From: Tubiluchus corallicola | Taxonomy: Eukaryota; Animalia; Priapulida | Reading direction: 5' to 3' | Length of the DNA: 64,000 nt | NCBI GenBank assembly: GCA_030141605.1 | Contig: JAQGDQ010000002.1 | Span: forward strand, 1,178,001-1,242,000 | Shown: positions 13,501 to 28,479 of the stretch, one piece after another | How the letters are laid out: each line of letters opens with the position of its first letter | Numbering within the stretch: the first letter of the stretch is position 1 | Notes under the pieces: model-generated | Told to the model about the DNA's origin: nothing | Seen by the model: the letters and a program-made list of their open reading frames with translations, nothing else | Database searches by the model: none | Translations under genes and position numbers: made by a program

Positions 13501-14620
13501 GAGATTTATAATTGAGAGACTTTTTAACATATAAAGCAACAGCACCAGCTTTTTTGTTTGTCAGTTCATAACCGTCTATATGATAGTCTGACTTATTAAG
13601 CTTCACGTCAAACCATGTTTTCCATACAACTATAATTTGAAAATTTTTACGCATTTTTTTGTACGCAGTCTTTGATCTGGTCGAATTTTATACGCGAGCT
13701 TCTACTATTATAACGGATTATGGAGAAATCGGTATTAGTACTGTAGTTACATTATCAATAAACTGCTGTTACAAGTAATATTTACAAGTAGCATTCGATC
13801 ATTGTAAAACTTATGATCTTATTCATCAGGGCGGATTAAGGTGTATTGGTGCCCTAAGCACACCGAGCACCGGGTGTCCCGGTTCTCTCCTTCGCCCCGC
13901 ATCACCGCGTGCACGTTTCGTATTACATATTGTATTTCGTATACAATCGAAACATACGTATTATGTGATACAAATTGCGCGACAGTATATATGTAAAACA
14001 AACCCAATTGCTCTGTAAAGGATTTATGTCACTTAAATTGCTTATTGACTTAAAAATGAATTTTAATTAAATAAGTCAGCTATAAGAAAAGGTATGATGC
14101 GTGCCAATAGCAGCAGCAACAGCAACAGCTTGCTATGGCAATAGGCAAAAACAAGGTGATAAAAGACGAAACCCTAATAATGATGCTATGTAATATAATG
14201 ATACGAAAAACAACCCAGCCAAGGTGTCTCATTCTCCTGTAGCCGTCTACCTCACATTTGGACTGTGTAAGGTTTTGTGGTCGTTAACATACTTTATTAA
14301 AAATTTTGTTTGTTTTCAATTTTTTGCCAGCTCGGGACTCTAAGCATGCGCTTAGTCTGGTTATGCGTTAATCCGACCCAGTGAATCAGTAAATCTTTCA
14401 GAATTGCACTGGCTATAGTCTGTACATTTAAAACATTTGAAATTAAATTGTTCACATTTTGTATACTTCAAATACTTCAGGTGTCACATTAATGTTACTA
14501 TACATAGTTGCTGCAGTCTAAATGCGTTATCAACAATATTTTGAAAAAGGAAAATTAAATTAAATTATTAACATGTAAACTGTTATTACTGTTTTTGTTT
14601 AAAGCCCATTAATATTTTTG
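10530..14620 (-). mobile_element. Decayed near-full-length CR1/L2-group LINE (EN, RT and 3' tail)
   Basis: Minus-strand motifs: 'LFADDTN' (~11688-11708), 'ILQGSILGQTF' (~11760-11795), 'NYKPVSLL' (~12128-12152), EN-like 'IIVVWKTWF' (~13610-13636). An (AATCT)n-type tail lies at ~10530-10550. Confidence 0.82.
13827..14381. mobile_element. hAT-like MITE nested in the LINE
   Basis: Starts CAGGGCGGATTAA and ends TTAATCCGACCCAG (imperfect TIR of the CAGGGCCGGATTAA type), with subterminal gccctaagca/ctctaagca motifs. No clean 8-bp TSD. Confidence 0.6.
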
Positions 14621-15729
14621 GTTCGATTTACCTGATCTAAATAGGCTCTGTAGTGTTTGTCGTGACTCAAAACAGCAACAGCGTTCGATTACAGCCATTG
14701 TTACACATGCCTGGTAAAGATTCCGAACAACATAAGACAACCAAGCTGCGTACGCTGCCATCTTAAATTAGGGTAGTTTTAGATGAATTAGGATCGATTA
14801 TCGAACCCCGATTAACTCAACTGTTTTAGTGTGCGATTTCATATGGATGGAGTACATTCCAATGCGAAGAAAATTTCTGGCTCCTTGCTGCAACAACTCG
14901 TTCGCTTTCAGCTTTACTCTGTGAACATCTTAGAGTAAACATTTGCCGTTGTCCCGCCGGCTCGGTGTCATAATAACTTGAATCACAGTTGACTTGGTAA
15001 TGCACTCAGAAAAAGAGATGCCCGCCGGGTTAGAAGCCTGTATAGTAAACTCGCTGTATTTGCACACAGTACCCTGGCAATCTCTCATTCTTCACTGTGC
15101 TGGAACTTATTGTATAATTTCACCCGAAGAACACATTTAATGTCGTGAGATTTTTGAAAGAGACTTTCAGCTGTTTTATCAATCTCTTTTAATTGTCAGG
15201 TTTCCCTGGAAGCATTGATGAATTAACAAAGATGCATTTGACGTCACAAAGCTCTAGTCGGTTACTCTGAAATTGTATAATTAATAACTCATATAAGCAG
15301 TAACTACTAGACATTTGAAAACATTGTTTTAAATTATTATATAATATATAAATAAGTTAATACATTTCAAACCAACTTGTAATAAAAATTAAGCTCGTGT
15401 CGTATGAATTCAACGGAGATTAAATATGACAGTGGAAAAAGGATGCACAGCCCATAATTAAAGTCAGCGCACCACAAGTCCGCTATTATACACTGACTTT
15501 CTTATGTAAGCTGGGTCAGGGGCATGCCCGGAAGTTATGCATATTGTTTAGTTACTATACCTCGGTAATGAAAAGTGGTACTGACAAGCCACTGGCACAG
15601 CAGTGTTTAATTTTTGTTCGATTACTGCTATGTTTACCCGCCTTGAGGGCAGATTTCTTTTATTTTAGAGTTCTGCCGGCCCAGTGTCTACAATGGACAT
15701 AACGGGCATTTGATGATATGATGATGAAT

Positions 15730-16353
15730 GAAGAATGAACTTAAAACAAAACGGAGGTGTTTCACCTTAAACAACGGCGATTAATCCTGGAAGAAATTCT
15801 GTTGGGCATTGAAGAAGAATCAGAAAATGTCAAAAGGTGCTTTCTCAAAACTTAAAAATATCTTCAGCAATAGGAATACTCTGGAAACTTGAAATCTTCA
15901 ACGCTTACATATTTTTCTATACAATTCGGAATTGCGGACCTTGAAAGTAAATAATCTGCTAGAGACTGATGTTTTCAACGACGTTATACAGTTCATTATC
16001 GCAAATAAAATGACCAAAGGTTATAAGTAACAAAGATTTGTACGACAAAATCAAGGAAAACCAAAAAGCAGAAGACTAAACTGGGTGTTTCACACTTTGA
16101 GATTATTGGAAGACAGTCTACTTATTAAAGCTTTCCACGAATCAATTCAACCATCAAAGAAGCCAAGGGGAAGGGGAGGTAGGTTGTTCACGTGAATGGA
16201 TTTCGCACAAAAAGACCTCAATGGAACATGTCTAAATTTGAAAGGTACTTCATCGTGAGGAGTAGCAAAATAACGTGCCATTTGGCGACAGAAGATGGTC
16301 GGTGTATTGTCATTGGGCCATTGATACACGCTATATCATATGATATGATATGA
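15730..16353 (+). mobile_element. RTE-clade LINE 3' fragment (copy 1)
   Basis: 'KLEIFNAYIFLYNSELRTL' (~15886-15943) and 'KSRRLNWVFH' resemble the RTE C-terminal region. Ends in an (ATATG)n tail at ~16333-16353. Confidence 0.65.
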
Positions 16354-16369
16354 CTGAGTTTTTTCTTGA

Positions 16370-16912
16370 TAAGTTGTTGGAAGCTAACAAAAAAAGGAAA
16401 ATTGTAGCATTGTCAGCTTATTCAGATCTCACAAAGGATGCTGAAAACAAACAAGACTTCTCTTGAAACCAAAGTTCGAATCCTTTCAACTTTATAGTTG
16501 AACCTTTATTTTTGTGCAATGCTGAACTGGGGACAATAAAAGTTAAACAACGTATGAATATTCACCCTTTTCCAAAACGTCTCAAGAAAAAGCTCTTAGT
16601 TATCAAATGGCCTGACAGAATACCCAGTGATGACCTGTATGATGTGGTGAAGAAGAACTGTTTCAAGGGCCCTTGAATAAACAATCATGGTAAGAAAACT
16701 TCACTGGATTCGGCATGTACCAAGATGGCCTCAAGAACCTCTTCTTCCTATAGCATTACGTAAAGCTCTTGAAACGACAGAAAAGCCAAGAAAGAGTCTG
16801 CTAGATTTGAGGGATGTTGCACCGTGGGCAGGCAGACAAGATTGCTTGCAGCAACAGGTGGGACGTGCAATGTTTTAGAAAGTATAAGCACGCATACGAC
16901 GACGACGACGAA
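16370..16912 (+). mobile_element. RTE-clade LINE 3' fragment (copy 2)
   Basis: 'IVEPLFLCNAELGT', 'IKWPDRIPSDDLY' and 'RKLHWIRHVPRWPQE' motifs. Ends in a (GAC)n tail at ~16898-16910. Confidence 0.65.
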
Positions 16913-18184
16913 TGAGATTTTTGACATCTGTTGTCAATGACGAAAACATGGTGCCTGCAAGACATTTAGGAAAATTTTGATGTCATTTTCCCGTGACATG
17001 ATTATTTTTGCATTTTATACAATAAGAAAAGGAAATCTTTATGAGGGTCTTCGGCAGATAAGCGTATTGCCATGCCAGTTAGGCCACATAGACTCTTCGT
17101 TTTCCGATGGCTGAGAAATTTCAGTTAATTTAAGAAAATCCTGAGGGTGGTTTTCTTTTTTAGTAAAGTAAGTACTGTACAGTACTGATGAATGTAAAGA
17201 AAAATCTATAGCGCAGCACCACGCTCTGCAAGTTACGTAACTAAGCCTAGCATTTGAGTGTTAAGACTTCTGCGTTTATAGCATTAGTATTTTATTTTGG
17301 TCCTTAAATCACGAATCTTAATACGCTAGTAAGTGTTCACATGCAGATGTATGTATTGAAATGTGTGGTTAAAAACAATTTATTTTTCGAAATCTGTAGT
17401 AAGGGCCCTGAAAATGGTGACGTCTGTCAAAGTGTCAGCGACATTGCTCATTGGTCAATTTTTCCATTGTCATTCATTTGTATTTAAGTAAGTATTTAGG
17501 CATTATAGGGTAATAATCTTCAGTTTTTTACATGAAACAACGACGCTGGAGATTGGACCAGGCGTAATCAAGTGATGAACGCGGTCACGCTCGCGGATTT
17601 CAATGCATAACATTGAATAACTCTAAAACTATTTAACTAGTCACGAAACTTGCTGGATAGATATCTGGAGTAGTGATTCAGACAATAGTGTACATAAAAA
17701 CTTTAAAATATTTAAAGATCCCAGACAGAAGTGACCTCTAATTCAAAGAGTACTCGGATGCTAGGCATATAACCGAAGTAGACATTTAAGATTTGTTAAG
17801 CATCACTCGCTCACCTCTCATTGTCAAGTCATAAACACTGTTATAAGCTCAAACTGAAATTGTTTAAGGGCCCCCGGTAAGAGTCGAAAACGGGATAGGA
17901 GTGAAGGTTTGAAAATTAGGGCAAACTACTCAATCTCACATGAGTAAACCGCATTGGACCAGGGACAGTCAAGTGATAAATAGTCATGAGCATCATGCAC
18001 ACTGGTTAGTCACACCCGAGCGTGAGTTTATTGTCATCTTTAGGTATTGGTAACTCGGTTACATATTTGGATGCAGTTCTGGACAACCATTTATACTTTA
18101 GAGTATTTGTACAATTGTACATTCTAAGTGTAAAAAACAGCAGGTAACTTACATTGACTTACAAAATTAAGAAAGCATTTAACT

Positions 18185-18835
18185 AAGGATTCAATGCAAT
18201 GTACCATGTCTTCGCTTGTTATCAAACTTTAGTTATGCAAATTCAATATTTGTCGTCCCACGGTGCACCTTGAACCCAATTTAAATCAATTGCAATTGGA
18301 GCCGGTCAAAGTTGCAACAGGTATTACAAAATATGACAGAGCGTTTTGTACAATTATTCATTGGTTACCCATTAGCTGTCGATGTACGTTCAAAATATTA
18401 GTTTACAAAGCATTACATGGACTGGCTTCAGCTTACTGATCCTCTACATCTTCGTGTATGCAGCAGAGGAACACGCAAGCTAGCAAAGCAAATGAATTAG
18501 AACTTGTACCTTTTAATAAAAAGAGTCTTTACTCATTTAGAATTTTCAAGCGGTGCTCCAGAATACTAGAATAAGCTACCAATTGAAATTAGAACCTTCA
18601 CGAATTTAAATTCTTTTAAAAGGAAACCAGAACGTCATCTCTTTAAACAGTATTTTAATGTATGTAAGTGGTGAATGTTTTGTAGATTTTATGATTTATG
18701 GCTAGGTTGAATTGTACTATAGTTTATTAGTATATGGTTTTATCTGAATATTTTTAATTGTACAGGACGTTTTTGAAAAAAAAATTATTGAAAGAACGCT
18801 TTATAAATAAATACATTTACTTTTATTTTATTTTA
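18185..18835 (+). mobile_element. L2-clade LINE 3' fragment
   Basis: 'HWLPISCRCTFKILVYKALHGLASAY' (~18359-18436) is the typical L2 C-terminal motif. A 3'UTR with AATAAA and a (TTTTA)n tail follows. Confidence 0.75.
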
Positions 18836-21800
18836 TTTACCCATATCCAGTTGCACTTGGTTAGGTTTTGTGTTAAAAATTGTTGTAGTGTAATACTAAA
18901 TGGAAATCTTCGCCATTTTTTAGTAATTACAGATTTTTATGGGCGTCCGCGAAATCTTTTCAATTCTATTACACAGTTTTTGAATGGCTGTGTGCCGTGC
19001 TGTCAATTATGCGTGTTAATTCTAAAATAAGGTATTATAGCACACATTTTTGGCAGAAAAGCTGCCGTAACCGACTAACCGTTGAATGATGAAAACTGAA
19101 AGTGCGTGTTTCTCTCGTCAAACAAAAATGCTTTTCAGTACTCAAACAAGCGGTGTCGGAAGTTGAGGAAGTGTAATCAAACGAGAGCTAATAATTTCAT
19201 CTATAGAAATATCGATTCATTTGCTTCCTTAACCACCTTTATTTTATAACTTTGTGTAAAAAATACATAAGTGAAACGTGTTAAAATAAAACGTTCAACA
19301 CTCAGTGAACAATAACTGCAGCCTGGTTCAGCTTTGCCGTGCCAGTGTAGCTTATAAACGTGATCCAAGATATATTAAAATAAGACCATTAATCTTATTT
19401 CCAGCATATAATATGGATAGTATTCACATCACTAGTGTGTTAATTAGCATCGCTAAAATAATTTCTATAAGAAACATTTGAGTTAAAGAATTAACTTAAA
19501 CAACATGACGAAAAGCGCTCATAGAAGAAATATGTTTAATTTATCTATCAAGAACATCTAATGCTGCAGTATAAGAGTATTGCAGAATTGAGCATCGACT
19601 ACAAAGCAAGCTAAGTGAATTTTATTGAACCACCTTGATACAAACATAAAAAATACAACAACATTAAAAATTGCACAAGGAAACAAAATAGATTAATAAG
19701 ATTATTGAGATTAAATCATCAAAGCGTTATTTACAAGTGTCCAGTTGGCTGTAAATTAATAAATTTTCCAGATATGATCTGCCTTTTCATGTTACACATT
19801 TTAGTCCAAAATGGCCAGCAATGCTTGGAGGAGAACTTCTCTAATATGCGTATACTATTCTATACACCCGCGTGAACAAGGTCTGCATTCAAACAAGTGT
19901 ATGTGAATGTGGCTTTACTCAAACCAAGTTAGTTAATTTCATACTTTTGTATTCTGGCAGTAAACCGCTCAATGTTCCTGCTGCTGCTTGTTACAACTGT
20001 AACATGTTTGTTGCGAAACGTCGACTAACTTAATTATTCATTTTTCACAATTTAATTTGTCGCTCGCACGCGAATGTTATATGTTTACCTGCAGTTTGTT
20101 TTAATAATTTAAACGCTGCAACGTCGCAATAGAAATGGGTACAGCCATAGCAGTCAGGCGATTAATTAAGCTGCAGGCTACAAAGTCTTGCAGACACAAA
20201 CGAATAATCGAACATGACGAATTTGATTTTTTTGTTATGTTTTTTCAGGCCTCAGCGATCTTGTCCTATTTCAGCTGACCGGTCGTGCTCACTTGTGTTT
20301 TGCTATCAGTTCTTTCCTGTCAAGTTCTGTCCGGTCCCATCCTGTCCTGTTCTGTGATATCATATCGTCCTATTCCTGCCTTATCATGTGTTATAGTACT
20401 CGGTACTGCACACCTGTTTCTGCTGCCTTGGCGTTCTCGCAACGCCGCTAAGTTCTCAGTTTTTATAATCTGCATCAGACGGCATTGTCTCAATAATTCA
20501 AAAATTTGGCTTTAACAATTTGCAGACTTCCAGATCGATCAGTTTTGCATTGACATTTTTGTATTTGTGTCAGACGCTAAATTTAAATAATGAAAATAAA
20601 TGTGTAAACAGTCTCTTTTCCTCACAAATGCAAGGCCTTAATAGGGATTCTCGGACTCAGTTTCAAATGAAAACCCTAAAAATCTTTTGGCTACTAATAT
20701 AGTAAGAACGATAATTTTCCACAGAAAAATATGCTCGACCACAAAAAACGTTACGTTTTTTCATGCGGTGTGTCCCCACGGTGCACCCACGTAAGGTCAC
20801 AGTTCTCCTCCGAGTGTGAAGCTTTCAAAATAATTTCAGTGTTACAACTTTCCGGATGGAAATGCGATTTCGCACTTGTCGTAAATTCCCGTGAATTTAT
20901 TGTGCATCAAATCATTATAGCGTAGTTTTGCCTTATTTTCAGGTGTTTTACGCACTACAGATTAAATTTACATTCTTAATATTGGCTTACAGGTGAAATC
21001 CATTACGTATTATACAGAAAGGCACATTCAATGTAAAGATAACCTGATTTCTCTTTGTGGTTCAATATATTTAAAAAATCGTTCATATTATATTACATGT
21101 TAGATAAAGAAACTTTTACCTAATAATGAGGCTACTTTCTACTGTATTTTCAAGATAAACAAAAACGCTGTAAGTGTTCATAAATGAATTAAATGCATGC
21201 TATGAAGTCTTACTTAGAAGCGACGCACATAGCTAGGATTCGAACTCCCTCCGCACACACACGCACGCACGCACACACACACCTCACAAAAAATCGTTTA
21301 ACTAATTTCTTGTTTTTGTTTAAAAAATTGCTCAAAAACTTGACAGCTAGGAGGAATCGTGTAAGTCCCCTTTTCTTGCGGCTCACACGTAAAGTGGGGA
21401 CTTGCAGAAACAATAACATCCACCTCACTCTACATTGTGTATCAGTAACAAACGCAATTAGGCCGTCTAAGAGTGTAGGCTCGATAGAGTGCGAACATGT
21501 AAATTTAATTTGGTAAATGGACTAAGTAGGGATTACCAACCTGACGTCTACTTAGCCGCGTTATTCGTTGAAACCATTGACCACAGTACTGGCACATTCT
21601 CATGCAAATACCCACAAAGCTGATTGATACTAGATTACAACTGGCTTCTTTTGGCGGATTCGCACAAAGAAAATATTTACTACTGTATACATTAATGACA
21701 GAACACCAAGGATTAGCACGCAATTTTCCTTTGGTGTTTTTATATTACATAAAAATATTTATATTAATTATAAAAAAAGATTTTTTTTGTTTTTTTGACT

Positions 21801-24800
21801 TGTAGTGGAGATTAAAAATTATTTAATTCAGAAACAATATCAAGAGCTCAGATAATTCGTAATAAAACCGTTTCTTCTGTTCGCTAGAAGAAATCTTACA
21901 AATGTGCTTCTGCTATTATTGTTATAACTGAAATTTTGAAATGTTATGTTGCCAAGCCGTTGACACGGCAATCTGTGGTTGATAAAACTTGATCAATCAG
22001 TGGAAAAATGTTTATGTTAAATCTCAATGCTAATGTAGATAATAAGAGTTTATAGACATGAAGAACTTCTACCCACCCTATGGTGCACTGGCAAAGGCGC
22101 TGCATAAATTTCATTAAGACAATGTTTTAAATTAAAACTATTTCCAAATAATTAACAGGAAACAAATACCTATTTTTATTACTTGTTTTTGACTCGATAC
22201 GAATCAAATACAAAGGGTTAAGGACTTTACAAGGCATGATATTGTCCCTTTTCTGAAAGCACTCCAATGTCGCTTGCTTTGAGTAGTATTCGATTGTAAT
22301 TGATCACTTTTATTTATGTAGCAATAGACTGTATGAAGAAACTTTACCTAAAACGCTTCTCTTTTGCAAATACAAGTGCGGTTTTTGTTTTACATGGGTA
22401 ATGTCATATGTCTTTTAATTTGGGCTTACAAAGTGCTGCAAACTACCTATATATAATGCCTTTCCATACTGTGGCACACACAGATGTGTTATCTCTTAGT
22501 GAATGGATCATATACCGTCTTCACACCACAGATTTAATGAAACTTTCAGCAATTGAAAGATCTCGAAGCCTGGAAAACCTGCGCACTTGTCTTGTTTTTT
22601 TTTTCAATGTTAATGTGCATAGAATTCAAGAGTCACTAAAGGCATTAAAAAGAAAACACTTTTGCTCAAGTTCGCCCCGCCGCTGAAAAATCTAAACAGC
22701 TTAGCTGACCTGAAGGCCCTTAATCAGTTGACAAGTTTAACGCAAGATATTTTAATCGTTGGCCTTTCAAGCTGTGAATTCACTGTGCCGACCAGTTAAG
22801 CAGACCCTAGACCACGCACTTTAAGTCAGTCTGGTTGCACTATATAGTACGAAAAGCTCAGGATAATTGTTAATACAACGTTTAAAATATGAAATTGACG
22901 TTGAATTTTATTTTAGCATGAAATGTAGTGCATATAGGCCTAATAGCAAACGTATCGCACTCGAAAGACAAATACTGGATATAGTCCCAGGTTTGCCACA
23001 TAGATAGATAGACAGATAGATAGATGTGCGAAAAAAACAACTTTTTTTAGTTTTGAATGGCACTAAATGATAATAAAGTTAAAGCTCTGTGGATTAAATC
23101 CTTTCTGCTGAAAGAAATAAACCTGCAAAAATGAAATACAAGTGGATTCTAGTAATTATGCTAAAATGAGAAATATTGGTTAATAGTTGTGCATAGCAAG
23201 TATTAGTAGGTGCTTATCTGTGAGGCTAGGATACTCCATGATGTTATTTCACGCATTCAACGTGTAATTTGACATTGTAATGTGTTTGAGCCATTGTACC
23301 TTATATAAATGTTATGTCCCCTGCATATCCTTCGTTTAATATATGTATGTTAAGTTGTATTTTTCTTCTGTTTCTTAAGCCAACATGTGCAATGTCAATA
23401 AGGCATTTATTCTATAAAGCAGGTAATGCATTTATTATGAAAAAGCCTGCGAAAAATAAGCCAAGCCTGTGATGTACCTGCAGTTAGTTTTGTCAAATTT
23501 TTGACCGAGTTAAAGTCGAATAAAAGAATGCATGAAATACTAAATGTAGTTAAAATGAAGTAAATGCTTAAAAACAATCAAAGAGCACATGGGCGACGAA
23601 ACACCACGCCGTACTTTATAAATTGGGATACTTTCCCACCAAAAACTGTATAGGCCTGCTTGTTAATTGCGTCATATTCTAAGTTATAATACCCTTCTTT
23701 AAGTCAGAGACAATCTTAATTGTTTTAGACGTTTCTCTTCTTTGAAAAAGCTGAAATAGGTAAACTTAATTTTTAAGCTAAAACATTTTGCTTCTTGCAA
23801 TTTAATTATTTGATTAGGAAAAATTATCATTGGAAATTTTTATTCACATAGGTATACTCGCCCGCCTTTAAATTGCGCTATGGCTTCGCGGGGTCTCTAG
23901 ACATTGCAGCTCACGATGCCTGCGCAACATGAAGCCAGCTTGCATCAACATGAATCAAGCGTTCTGTCCAGTGTAGCCGTGTACAATATTGCTCAGAATT
24001 AAGATTGCTTCCTATATTATTTTGGTTTCGTGTATATAAAAACATTCGTTGTATGGTTAAACGAAGGAGCATAATTGAATGATTTATTGATTGACCATTA
24101 TTGATTTTGACTTGTATAATTGTCGTAGTCAGCACTTCTGGATTTTTTAGCAATACTCAGGTACGTTTCAGAACTTTATGTTTTTTATTTATGCTAGATA
24201 GGTATGTTTGTTTATCGAATCACTATTATATACATTACATTTCAAACAAATAAACAAGACAGACTTAATCAATAGTGAGAGAAACGTTCACTAGAGACAA
24301 AATCCCGTTACAAAGGAATATTGTGGCTCAAGCATGCAGAACTAATAACAATTAATTAGATATTATTTCAGTTAAGCTGAAAAATGACGTGATTGAAATT
24401 CTGGCCGGGCGTAAGAAAATCGACAATATGGACACCGAATTCATGCAAGAATAGCCCAAGTGTTTCAATAACATGAGACTGAATTATTGAATAGGACAAG
24501 AAAAATAATCAAAAACTTCATAAATAGATTAAATTTTAAATCGTGTTCTTATATTTTGGGAGAATTTTATAATTAGCGCGCATACCGGCACATTTATTTT
24601 TCTGATTTTGCATAACAATTGTAGAAGACACACAAGTATTGACATTTTGGGTATATACCTTTACATATAAATATGTTAATGTACATCATATGGGAAATTG
24701 TCCATGGGAAAACATTTTTCTCCCTCTTCTACCTATCTGATCTCTAAAAATATCTCTTGTAATTAAATTATTTAATTCCTATAGTTCTTAGCTTCTAATT

Positions 24801-25818
24801 TCTAAGATAACTAGTAAAAATATTAGGAAAGCCAAAGTGTATCGGTTAATAAATTAGAATAGAAAAATAAACTTTAATAATAATCTGTAACCATCTTTAC
24901 TTGGAATATTAAAGATATGTGCATATATAAGTATAAATAAGTCAAACCATTCAACTGGAATTAGTAGTAAAAAGATAATAGTTTATAAATGGAACATTTC
25001 ATGTAGTTGTCTTAACAAATAATTGACGTTCTTTTAACAAAATCACTATAGCTTTTGCTTTCCCGCAGCCTCAAGATGAAGTGTCCATTTTGCGAAGTGC
25101 TCCTTCCCGTGAGTTCTTTCTAGAATCGAAAAGTATATCGTAACCCTAGGTAATCTAATACGTTGCGTTTCTTCGCCGATTTTTTTGTCAGAAACTCATA
25201 GAAATTACTCATGGGCATTCTTCATCATGGGCAAGGTTTTATGTTGTAAACCTAAATTAAAGAAGAGTATTTACACATTTTTTGCGAACCTACATACCAT
25301 GTTAAGTGAACGTTATCCGAAACTCAATAACTGATTTCCATGGATATCCGAATTGGTTAAGCTCAATAAATTTTCTTAACTGGACAGTACCTGCGCATCT
25401 GTTCACCCAGTAATTTAAATAATTTAAACCACCAGAAAAAAGACCTTTCGCAAAAGTCAACTTACTAGCGGGTTGCACTGCCTATACATTTTATTTCATC
25501 ATTTATTCATCCTTAACCCTTGGGTGATGTGTGTGAAAGGAATATGAAATGGAAAAGGTGTTATAAACGAGAAAGTATAAAAGTCTTATTCAGACTGGCT
25601 GTAACGTTTGTAAACAGTCAGTGCATGAGTGAGTTGGAATGGCGAATATTCTTAAGGGAATTCGATGCTCGAATCATCACATCGCTGAAAATTTAATTCT
25701 GTAATCTTTTCAGTATAGGCTATAACCAGTGACTTCTAGAGTTGTTCGGATATGCCTTCTGTTTTATGTCATTTAAGCAAGCTCAAAATTCTGAAGCTCT
25801 TTCGTCTGGCATGAACAG

Positions 25819-26080
25819 TTAAAGGGAAACAGGATTATTTTTATAGCACACCGTATTTTAAAACACGGTAAAAAGTATACATTTTAGCACCAATAATAAC
25901 GTGAAAAGCGTTTCTGATAACTAAATAGTACGCTAAAAGGCTAATTAATGGCCAAGGAGCCCAGCTAGTGATGACATCACAAATAAACATAATTTTCAAT
26001 GGCACAAACATTCTATAAGCGAGATGCAAGTGTTTGCGAAAACGAAATTTGAGGTACAGTGCTACTGCACAACATTCAGT
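25819..26080 (+). mobile_element. Partial copy of the Kolobok-like (TTAA|AGGGAAAC) non-autonomous element
   Basis: Starts TTAAAGGGAAACAGG and aligns by eye with 45565-45820 (shared aaagcgtttctgataa, gtgatgac/tatcac, aacataattttcaa, tgctact...caacat). Confidence 0.7.
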
Positions 26081-27319
26081 GCCTCGACGAGACGTTAAGA
26101 AATGATTCGCTTTGCCACTTTACATTTAGGCGCTTACATTAGAATGGTTTAGGTAATATCCATTGAAAAAAGCGAAAAACCCTTAGGGTGCGAGTGTCAA
26201 CTTACACGTTGAAACTGTGTCTCCGTGGCGTAGCTCTTTCTTTTTCGTCTGACGTTCACCCAATCTAACTTCATAATAGCCTTTCTTAAATCCAGGTTTT
26301 TCTTGTATGGTATGACTCCTGTCTTTCCAAAACTGAGTTGGTCAACTCCATCCGTCTTTCCATTTAAAAATGATTTGATAATTTTGGCTTTACAATTTTA
26401 CAATTAGGAAATTTTTAAACATTGTGAGCGTGCACGCGTGCGTGTATAGTGTGTACACAGCTTTTAACACGTATTTAACTGGTACACGTTTTTGTGAATA
26501 CTGTATAGAATTCCATGTAAACGTGTTTTAAACAAACTGATCCAGTAGTAGTTTACCTGAAATTTAAGAAGCTTGTGTTTTGGTTGCACGTTAACATTTC
26601 CTTTGTTTGAAGTCAAAAACAATAATACAACGCTGTCAACTTATTATATAGAGTAACATATATCATCATAATAATAATAATAATAATAATAATAATCAGA
26701 TACGGCGGTAGCAGTAACAGCAACGACAGCCAGAACTGTGGCAGAAGCACAAAGAAGATACAGTTTCAAAGAAGATTAAGGACTTTAATTGGACGCCATT
26801 TTTTCGTGTAATATTACTTCACCTCGCTATAGAAGCATGAATCCGCGCAGCTATGCAGTCCCTGGATCACTTATATAATATTTCGAAAATTGCCAATAAA
26901 TTACGCATTAATCACATGTATTGGCTGTACAAGTACAGGTGTAAATGCATGCTAATTAACGCGTTGCCTGAAGTATACGCTGCATAATTAGAAATGTATT
27001 AAACCTCTAATATTATTACTAACAAGATACTAAACAATGGTATATGCAATTTAGGCAGATTGGAAAATCCCGGATTTAAGAAAATTGACTAATTGGATTC
27101 AGCATCTTGCAAATTTCTGTGTACCGCAGCGGTGCAAATATTAGATCCTTAACTAAATATCACCAAGCAGAGGTCTTTTTCTTTGGTAGTGATAAGACTA
27201 GTCCCACCTGTATGACGGTAACAAGTGCAAGATTTTTTGAGTTGAAGTCATTACAAGCATTGCAACCACAGTGACTTCCCGTCTTACTCTCGCGATTGCT
27301 CTCCCTGCCTTCCAATCCT

Positions 27320-27363
27320 TTCTCTGTCTTTTTTCTCTCTCTCTGTCTCCCTCCCTCTCTCTT

Positions 27364-27395
<32 letters not shown>

Positions 27396-27398
27396 TTT
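27320..27398. repeat. (CT)n microsatellite
   Basis: Seen directly in the sequence. Confidence 0.9.
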
Positions 27399-28124
27399 CA
27401 GCAATCATGATTTCTCTGGCAGAGAACCTTACTAGAACTTTTACAAATATTTTGGGTGCTGCGTTTACACAACTTACTCTATATTTGGTTTCTTTTTCAT
27501 TCTCTTTGTTTATAATAACAAAGCATGAATATCAATAATTACCATCAGTAAATGTTCAAAACTCCCCCCTCATAATGACGGCCAAGGAGTTCCTGTTACA
27601 AGAGCCATTAATGAGGCAGTAGAAATATTAGAGCCTTTTTAAAGAAGCCCAGTATTTACAAGCTTTACGAAGCTTAACAGTCCATTAGACTTCCTCTAAT
27701 TCATCATATGCTCTTTACTCATGCAGCGCCGATGTACGATTCATTTTTGCGGCTCTAATGTGCAAAAGAAAAATGATTATATAAAGGAAATTTGAAACGT
27801 CAACAAGATAATGCTTGGCGTAAATTTTTATGCTCATACACAAGAATAGTAATCATCATTTGTTGCGGAAATGTTGCTATCGTAGAACAAAAAAAGAAAG
27901 AAACTGGACATTATCTGCATTAAATGCATTAAAAGAAGTAAACTACTTGATACGAACTTTCAAGAATATGGGCTCTGGTGAGCCAGAAAAGCTACACGTT
28001 GCGTGATACACGCATATTAAGCAACAACACAGCAACTCGTTTTTTATTGTTGAAGGTTGTTATATAGGCTAATTAATTGTGATTTTGACTTCCAAAATAT
28101 GCGGTATATTGCATTTTTTGCGGC

Positions 28125-28265
<141 letters not shown>

Positions 28266-28479
28266 CACCGGAGGTAAAACAAAAAGCAGTAAACTAAGTC
28301 GTCTAAAATTTACTTTACCAATTTCGCCCGTAAGCAATTCTATACTAGTTTCATTTTGCTGCATTTTGACTACTGTTCTGATGCGTGGGGCTTTTGATTA
28401 TAATGATGACATTGCCGGTATTTTAAACAGCTTGCAAAAAAGAGCATTGAAATTGACTTTAGATGTTGACTATAGAGGT

